Source of the DNA: Octopus bimaculoides
Lineage: Eukaryota
Length of the DNA: 45,008 nt
Direction: 5' to 3'
Assembly (NCBI RefSeq): GCF_001194135.2
Contig: NC_068991.1
Span: forward strand, 75,767,161-75,812,168
The translations under genes and the position numbers were made by a program. How positions within the stretch are numbered: position 1 is the stretch's first letter; each line of letters begins with the position of its first letter. The notes under the pieces were generated by a model that did not search any database, was not told where the DNA came from, and saw only the letters and a program-made list of their open reading frames with translations. Positions 36,153 to 45,008 of this stretch are shown in pieces.

Positions 36153-37039
36153 GAAATGCTGTCTGGCGCTATACAAATATGTCTGTTCATTTATTCATAT
36201 TGGACGTAGAATTTTGTCTCTGATTTATGGATAAATCATTGACGATTTATGTGTGTGGATACAAAATCACGCAGACACAGATGTGTCAATATTTGTTTTA
36301 AAATCTCTCAGTAATATCCAAGTTTCTACCAATCATTCTTGTACACTCTATGTCTGAAGCATCTGCTTTTGCGTAGCTCGTAATGCTTCTCTTAGTGTTA
36401 TGTGGCAGAATTTCCAGGCAAATTCCTTTCAAGGGCTTTCTACACACGTGGCGACATAATACACTTTTCATATGCTAATATATCTGCTGTTATACTTGGA
36501 AATGGTCATGTTTTGCCAATTAAACATAGGACAATTTATATGGTGATCTCTTTGGTTTTATCATTATTATTCTTTTCGATTTTAGTTTATTTCTATATCA
36601 AACTTCTTTCGTTACACATTTTATTTTTAGTTTATTTGTATGTTAAAATTCTTTCGTCACACATGCTGTGACCTCTTCAACAAATTTCTGTCTCAAGTGT
36701 CCTTTCTTTTCCTTTGACAAAATGGAATTGGCAAGATAAGAAGAGATACATGAGACAAAGAATCGTTGAAGAGGCCACAGAATGTATGACAAAACTTTGA
36801 CACATTAATAAAATTGTCTTAAAATGTGTAAATGGAAGAAAATAATTAAAATAAAACTAAAGAAAAGATCAAATAAACAGTGCATGTGTTTAATTAGCAG
36901 AAAATGACAATCCTCACATAAGCGCGCCAAAAGATAGTAGCACAGGGTTGCATGCACAGTGAGATCCAGTGACGTTCATGAGACAGTGAGGAGTGACATC
37001 GCTGTGTTCACTTTGTAAACTGTGAGATTTGTGTTATTG

Positions 37040-37570
37040 TAATCATGTGCATGCTGTAGTTTGCCATTTTGTTGCGAATAGAAACAAAGCGCCAACGTAA
37101 AATTTAAGCTTCCGATGTTTGAGACACGGAGACATTGAGCAAGCTTCGACATGCTTACGGCGTCATGGCAATCGGTCGTACGCAATATTTGGAGTGACAC
37201 AGGCACTTCAAAAGCGGAAGAACGTCCCTGGAAGACAATGAGCCATCTGGAAGACCTACCACTAGCGTCAGCCTGGAAATGTGATCTTGTGTATCGAGAA
37301 TTCATCCACTAGGGCCAGACCGTCACTTGAAAGTTCTACAGCGCCATTTTGAAGCATTTCAAGGACGGCATTTGGCGAAAACGGCCCGATCGTTGGAATG
37401 CAAATAATTGGATTCTTCCCGACGGAAATGCACCGTCACCGAACCTTCCTCACTCATAGGATATCACTTCCACGCTCTCCCTACTCACCAGATATGGGAT
37501 TTAGGAACTTCCATGTTTTCCCCATATTCAGAATGCAGCTCAGAGGTCATCATTTTAACACTGTTTTGGA
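37040..37570 (+). mobile_element. mariner-type transposase relic with large internal deletions
   Basis: KLRHAYGVMAIGRTQYLE*HRHFKSGRTSLEDNEPSGRPTTS; GIWRKRPDRWNANNWILPDGNAP; PYSPDM..RNFHVFP..RMQLRGHHF (mariner YSPDL motif). Confidence 0.85.
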
Positions 37571-37649
37571 TAGCCGGATGACCAGTGACTTCGTTTTAGT
37601 CCGATGCTTGTGATACAGTAGTTCCCCCAAAATAATATATTCTTTTATC

Positions 37650-38062
<413 letters not shown>

Positions 38063-40159
38063 AGTCCATAAATAACGGTCGTTTTTTACTTTTCAGAGTG
38101 CAGGCTAAATAATCTGATGAAAGATATTTACTTTGGCAATTTCTAAAATAACCTCTATGCTTGCTTTATAATATAATTCTGATATAAATCTGATACTGCT
38201 TGAAGCCAAAATGGGACACGTTAATCTTTTCAGTTTCAAATTATCATTAAGTTTGCAATTCTTGATAGCAATATTGATTAATGTATCTATCTCAGTCGAT
38301 ATAAAAAATGTCTGTAAAAGATGCAGAGAAACTTTGAAAGAAACAGAAAAACTTTGAATATTTGAAGTCCTACAAAAAGCAGCCAATAAAAATATATCCG
38401 CAAGAGACTAATAGTGTTTCGCTTATGATTGAAATCATGTGCACAAACATCATATAAACAGCGCTGTCTATATACGATGTTGATTATATTGGTTAAGTTT
38501 GATTTATAATTGTCACTTATATTCATCAACCCTTCACACATAGGAAATATTTGATCATTTATAAACTTTTTGCTTGGCTATCAAAATTGTCATAATGTTT
38601 AGTGTATTCACGATATGGCAGCAGGTTAAATAGTGTCTACATAAAACAGCAGTCATGAAATTTGACTGGCAACTTTACTACTCTGACTATATTGTGAACT
38701 AACTTATCTCATGGAAATTTATCTTTTTCATTGGTTCCGAGGTTTGTTTAGTCTATGAAAGAAATTGTCCACTGGCCAATAAAAATCGAGTGTCACCAAT
38801 CCAGTTAGCGTTAGGCTTTGAGGAATATCAGGAATATAAAAGAGAAAAACAAAGAAATACATGGAGACTATAAGAGCAATGAGTAAACTACCAATCTAAC
38901 CATAAAAGAAATGTCAAATACAAACTGGAAATGGATATAAATTCCTGACGAAAATTGAATTGTTATAGTTCAGTCTCTGTAATATGGCTGCCTGCAAAAC
39001 TTGTCTAATAACAAATTCTTCTTGGGTAACATTTATTTCTTCTTACAGTAGACAGCAAAATTATGCAATACTTTGCTGGAGAAGAATGGAATAATATTTC
39101 TCGTACAATATTGTGACACACACACATATGTTTCTGGTACCAAAATTTCGTTGAGTGGATCAATGATCATCGATATTACTAATGGTACATCTGTTATGCA
39201 ATTGATAGAGATAAAATCTGGTTCATTTCCATAGAAGGTCCGGCGACTGATCTTCATATCACAACTAACGGACACACTCCAATCTCTGGCCAACATATGT
39301 ACTGGCTTCTTTCTTTCTCTTCCTCTCCCTCTCTCTCTCTCGCTTTTCCCCCTCCCTCTCTCCCTCTCTCTCTTTTCTATCACTTCTCTAATGGATTATC
39401 CTTGTCGAATCTAGCTGCACTTGTACTTCCCTCTTTCAGGTACACACAATCCACTTGTCTCTCTTCACCTCTCGTGACAGCTTTTGAGTCCAGCTTTTTT
39501 CAGCTTTAGACATTACTTATATTCCATATTCCCCAGAGGTTCGGCCTACACAATCCCCTTCCTGCTCATGTATTTCCTGCAAGTGTTTGCAACGGTTTAA
39601 ATAGATCCTTCACAGCAATCGCACCAGTCTTGGAGTGTTTGCATGAGTCATGGACACATGAAGTAAAGAAAAAGTATGGTTCACTATATTCTATCTTCCA
39701 TTACATGGTTGTCTCTCTTGCCATTATTGATGAAGGCCAGTCATTATGAGATTTCTTCTCCCGACATTGGCAGTGATTTTAAATAATTTTGATATCATGG
39801 ATCATACATTAACGGAACTCAGACTTGGAGAAATATTCTTCGGGTATTCATATAAAAATAGGATCATGGTTGTGAAATATAACGTGTATTCAATGGCACA
39901 ACAATGCACAGTGGACTACAATAACTTATAATTTAAGTGTTCATCGTCTGATGTTATGTTTCGGAATATAAAAATTCTTGCTTCAGATTTTGCTAGGAAT
40001 TGATCGAGTCACTGCTATAATCGGTTTTCCAAAGGAGTATGGTTATTTTCAAAGACCCACACTGGAATTTGAGATTTGTCTTACCTAGTTAGCTCTAGGT
40101 TTCTCGCAAACATGCACTCACGCATACACGCAAAGATGTACACTAATTCGCAATAAATA

Positions 40160-40350
40160 ACGTTGAGGCACAAAGCACGTAATTTTGAGGAGGATGTCAT
40201 CGATTACAGTACTTGACGTGTAATCGATTATCTGATTTTCGAAAGGATGGAAATCAAATATGAAATTGACGGCCCTTCAACGTAAAGGGCCGGAAAATTA
40301 TCGAAACAAATTTTTCCAACGCCCCGGTAATTCTGCCAGCTTGACACCTT
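40160..40350 (-). mobile_element. SINE family A, diverged copy
   Basis: Reverse complement aaggtgtcaagctggcagaat...tttccatcctttcg...gtgctttgtgcctc. Confidence 0.7.
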
Positions 40351-42611
40351 TCTTGCAGTAAATAATAAAGGTTTTGGTATGGCATCGGTTCCCATGCAGT
40401 ATGGACGTCTACCTGCACTGCCAGTATGCATAGCAGTTAGTGTTCAGACATTATTCATTTTCCAATATATAGGTTAAGATTACAAATGCAAAAATTACCT
40501 TCTCCTTCGCTACGCTCTTTCTTTCTCCTCTTTCTTGTCTAATTTCTTCATTTTTCCCTTTCTTTTTTCACTGCTTATTTTTTTGTTTTGTTTTTCATTC
40601 TACTTTCACTATGCCCCTACTTCCCTGTTGTTTTTCTTTATTTTTTATCTCTTTATTTCTCGTGTACAGTAACTTTTTTTTCTTTACTGGTTCGTACTTC
40701 TTCCCCTCTTCTGATGTTTATACAGCCATTATACATATTCATATTGTCTGAATTTAAAACATGTACCAGTGTATTCTTGCATATAAGCTCGCGTATTCCA
40801 CTCACCATTTCACGCAAAATGTATTCTCGCAACGCTATTTAAAAATTCTGTGCTTCAATAATTTGTCGAATGTAAGTTTCATTCTCTTATGAATAACGTT
40901 TACAGATATAATTATCAAACCACAGACAGTGTCTGACCGTGGTCGTTCATTCTTATAAAAATAACAGCCAAGTTTTCCACGTCACTCACGCGTCACGCTG
41001 TATTGTGATCGAACAAAAACAGCTTGCTCAGTATTATGAAATTCTGGGTGTATACTGATGAAAAACAGCTGCAATAATAGTCACAGCTGAAATAATTTTC
41101 ACGGGAGTTTAGCTTTATTAAAGGTGACACGGAACTAAACAACAAACACATCGTATATGAATATAGCATAAATATACAGTCGTCCTCAAAATTATCCATG
41201 CATTTGTTAATTTTTGTGGTGAAATGAATGCATTTTGTCTAGATGGTTTATGAAATCACGTGGTTGTAAAGCAAATTACTTGACTATGCAGCCGTGCTAG
41301 AGTTGTTTATGAATGAATACTTTTTAAACTTTCTGTGACGCAAAAGTAACTGTAGATTCAATTTTAATTGTGCACTATTCATGGATGTAACCCTCTTCAG
41401 TCATAACTTACATGACCTACCATCTAAATTATACAAAGACGAAATGGACAATGATAGACATAAAATTTCGGTATGATCACGGTATGATCTCATTTCAATA
41501 TACATCTTGATCTGGGCTAACCTAGGGTTAAAAAGCAATAACAAGAAAAAGCTTGTATTAATGCTGTACTTTCAATTCCATGTGAATTAAGTTTTGTAAA
41601 ATAATAACGAAAGATGATGTGTTTCGCTCTGATGTTTAATATTCGACATTTAAATCCAATAGATAGCAACCTTTGGGTTTTTGTCTTGTGAAGAAAACAT
41701 AATTAGGAAATGCATACCAAAGGGATCAAAGGAAATATCTGTATGATAATAATGTTATTTGAAGAAATTTAAATTAATAATGTTTTAGAGAAGAAGAATA
41801 TTTTGTTTACAATATATCATGCATTGAACAGATAAGAAAATCGTTTTTCAAGTATATCACTTAGAATAGCAGGAGGGGCATTGCCCATTATTAGATTATC
41901 TATTAACGAAAGAATTTATTTTCGACCTTTAAAATGCCTTGAACGAAATGAAGTGTAGCAAACTAAGGAAAATAGAAATTATAATATAACGTACGTTGTT
42001 ATTGCGAGTCAATATGCCTGACCCGAGCATAGAACGGGGCTCGCCGATTTAAGCTGGGAAATGAATGGAATACCTGGTGTATGTCTTGTTGTGGCAAGCC
42101 CTCCTACAAAAATTGAGAATAGGCCTGGGTATATATATATATATATATATATATATNNNNNNNNNNNNNNNNNNNNNNNNNNNNNNNNNNNNNNNNNNNN
42201 NNNNNNNNNNNNNNNNNNNNNNNNNNNNNNNNNNNNNNNNNNNNNNNNNNNNNNNNNNNNNNNNNNNNNNNNNNNNNNNNNNNNNNNNNNNNNNNNNNNN
42301 NNNNNNNNNNNNNNNNNNNNNNNNNNNNNNNNNNNNNNNNNNNNNNNNNNNNNNNNNNNNNNNNNNNNNNNNNNNNNNNNNNNNNNNNNNNNNNNNNNNN
42401 NNNNNNNNNNNNNNNNNNNNNNNNNNNNNNNNNNNNNNNNNNNNNNNNNNNNNNNNNNNNNNNNNNNNNNNNNNNNNNNNNNNNNNNNNNNNNNNNCAAA
42501 TTACCTGAAATTCAAACCATGAATTATGTTTTAATGTGTACGAAAGTCTTTCATCAAACATCTGTGACCAGTTCAATGACCGACCTTTCATACATCAAAC
42601 ATATAATTAAA

Positions 42612-42654
<43 letters not shown>

Positions 42655-42687
42655 GTGATGATGATGGTGGTGGTGGTGGTGGTGGTG
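42612..42687. repeat. (GAT)n-(GGT)n microsatellite
   Basis: Direct inspection; the apparent poly-D/poly-G ORF is an artefact. Confidence 0.95.
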
Positions 42688-43029
42688 AATTTGATGGTGA
42701 TATCTTTAATTAGTCACAGATGAGTCAAATGAAGTGGACATTACTAGGACAGTTTATATTTTGTGTGGGTGTTTACATAAAAGGCGATGAACAGGAAGGA
42801 TAGCAAGGTAGAGAGAAATGAGATCGAAATATAAATAATATGCAAAACATGAAAGGTGCAGTTCTCCTGATAGGGGAGAAAGGACAAGGGTCAACGAAAG
42901 AAAGCCACAGATCCAGGCTCACCTTGATGACCAATGGCACGGTCCCCTACCTATCTGTTGTTTTCCAATCTACAGGGGCATGTTTAGAGTCGGTCCATAC
43001 ATTCGAACCATTCTTGACACTATCATATA

Positions 43030-43110
43030 TAATAATAAATTAAATACCAGTCAATCACTGGGGTTGATGTGATCGACCATACCACTCACCTCAAATTCTA
43101 GGCCTATTAT
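43030..43110 (+). mobile_element. SINE family A, 3' portion
   Basis: ataaattaaataccagtcaatcactggggttgatgtgatcgac...caaattctaggcct. Confidence 0.65.
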
Positions 43111-43130
43111 GATTATTATAAGGACGATAA

Positions 43131-43261
<131 letters not shown>

Positions 43262-43812
43262 GAGTGAGAGCACAGTGCATGCCATCAAAATGACACGGGT
43301 AAAATATATATAGCCCATTATACCCATCATGACTACCCGTCTGATAAGGGTACACCAGGCACATGCATCACAACCATATGTGCACGACATGGTGTTCTCA
43401 CATCAACATGAACAAACACATAACCTTGCAGGTGGAACTCAGTTAGAATTTTTTTCAGGTCGAGTAGCCCATCCCGCTCAAAAAGTCTGTGAATAAGGGT
43501 TGTTTAAGGATGAAGAACAAAACACTCACGTTTTCAAAAGTGAATTATCCAAACCCCAAAGAATTCCTCTCTACACATGGCTATAGCGCACCCCTGCTAC
43601 TTCAGCTTGTGATCAGAGATGCACATATCGTCAGCCACCAAGGGACATCCTCAACTGATTAAGGTCAAACAACTGACAGGCAAATCTGTGGTATTGAACA
43701 GAATATTTACTATAGCCCATCTTTTATACCAAGACAAAATAATGTACATGATAACACTTTCAATCAGTTAAGTTGAGAGGCCATGAGAGCCACTGCCTGG
43801 TACTGCGTCAGA
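43262..43812 (-). mobile_element. Element X: ~550-bp non-coding repeat with (AAT)n tail
   Basis: Second partial copy at 16963-17278; flanked by TAA-type tracts at both ends; no recognisable coding motif. Confidence 0.7.
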
Positions 43813-43833
43813 GTATTTATAATTATTATCATA

Positions 43834-43878
<45 letters not shown>

Positions 43879-43880
43879 AT

Positions 43881-44015
43881 TGTCTTTGCACAGTTTCTAA
43901 CACTGCAGATGTACTACGCTGTCAGCAGTTCACTACCAGTGAACTTAGGTAACGCTCCTTATTTTTCGAGCACCATCCGGAGTATTCGAGCGGTTCCAAG
44001 CATTGTTGTTTTCTG

Positions 44016-44017
<2 letters not shown>
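43881..44017 (-). mobile_element. R4/Dong-like LINE, family 2, extreme 3' end
   Basis: MQKTTMLGTARILRMVLEK* then 3' UTR and (TAA)n. Confidence 0.8.
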
Positions 44018-44091
<74 letters not shown>

Positions 44092-44321
44092 GGTCTTATT
44101 GTTGACGGATTTTATGTGAGTAGCATGTTACTCACTGTAACCTTAGACATCCACAAGCTTTCAATAATCTTTCAAGTGCACCAAACTCATCTCATATCCT
44201 TTCCTGTTCCTAAGAGACAAAGTTTCTGTAGAAGCTCTACAGGACTCTCCATTTCAATCGATTCCAACCATTTGTCTATATCATAATTCAGTTCCTAATG
44301 CACCAATTGTTACAGGCACCA
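44092..44321 (-). mobile_element. R4/Dong-like LINE, family 3, 3' end
   Basis: LVPVTIGALGT / DIDKWLESIEMESPVELLQKLCLLGTGK.MR*V. Confidence 0.8.
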
Positions 44322-44339
44322 ATTATTATTATTATCATA

Positions 44340-44673
44340 TGTATGCCATGAAACCTCTCAACTTATTTTGCTGGGCATCATGGAAAATATCAACTGCCCA
44401 CACCCAGCAAGCTAAGGTGCCACATGTTAACTGATCATGCTTCAAGAACCCTTCGAAAAACTTTAACAGTTCCAAGCAACGATATTTTTTGTAGGCGTTC
44501 TCTCTTTACATTCATTCAAATCTTTTCGAGAAACGTTGGTAGTTGAGCATTCATAGTTCCAAGCGTACAAATCACAATTGATATGACGTCCACTCTTTTT
44601 AATGCCCACAATCTGCATATTTCCTGCTTCAATTCACCATAGTTGCTAATTGTTTCTTGATATTTCTTTCCAG
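44340..44673 (-). mobile_element. R4/Dong-like LINE, family 4, 3' end
   Basis: SNYGELKQEICRLWALKRVDVISIVICTLGTMNAQLPTFLEKI*MNVKRERLQKISLLGTVKVFRRVLEA*. Confidence 0.82.
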
Positions 44674-44688
44674 TTAGTATTATTATTA

Positions 44689-45008
44689 TTCAGTAGTTTT
44701 ATTTTTATAACGTACTTTCACTTCACTACCGAGCGCAGATCTGTGCGCCTTGGGTATGTGCTGTGGTTTGCTGTGGTGCTCTTATGTTTACTGTATTGAA
44801 AGTGTTTTGCGTAGAATGTGTGCAGTACCCAGTAGTGCAATTTTCTGTATGTTATATATATTTGTAAGTCCTGGTGTTTTTGTTATGTATTTGTCTGAAT
44901 ATTTTTTTATTATACCTAAGGCACCTACTATGATAGGAATTGTTTCTGTTTTTAGATTCCACATTCGAGTTATCTCTATTTCCAGGTCTTTGTATTTTGA
45001 AAGTTTTT
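44689..45008 (-). mobile_element. R4/Dong-like LINE, family 1, 3' end (continues past window edge)
   Basis: Near-identical to 15313-15640; same KYKDLEIEITRMW...QKIALLGTAHILRKTLSIQ* translation. Confidence 0.88.

Noticed and set aside
39600-39930. Possible Tc1-like words (ESWT, KVWFT, WIIH)
   Set aside because: Too degraded; no catalytic motif or TIR could be recovered.

Overview
AT-rich eukaryotic draft-assembly window with 8 N-gaps and dense microsatellites. The repeat families look like those I recall from Octopus/cephalopods (inference). I find no supportable host exon or intact protein-coding gene; nearly all ORF-track entries are microsatellite or gap artefacts. The window is a retroelement and transposon graveyard: two abundant tRNA-type SINE families, a Penelope-like (PLE) reverse-transcriptase relic, an RTE LINE fragment, at least four distinct R4/Dong-like LINE 3' ends stacked in (TAA)n tracts, a DD36E Tc1, a DD37D (maT-like) and a mariner relic, and a probable solo LTR. 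The most interesting signal is a set of minimal type I hammerhead ribozyme motifs with palindromic stem III, from at least three unrelated repeat families. One forms the tail of an element with a tRNA-like Pol III head (33462-33735), suggesting a ribozyme-bearing SINE mobilised by PLEs.
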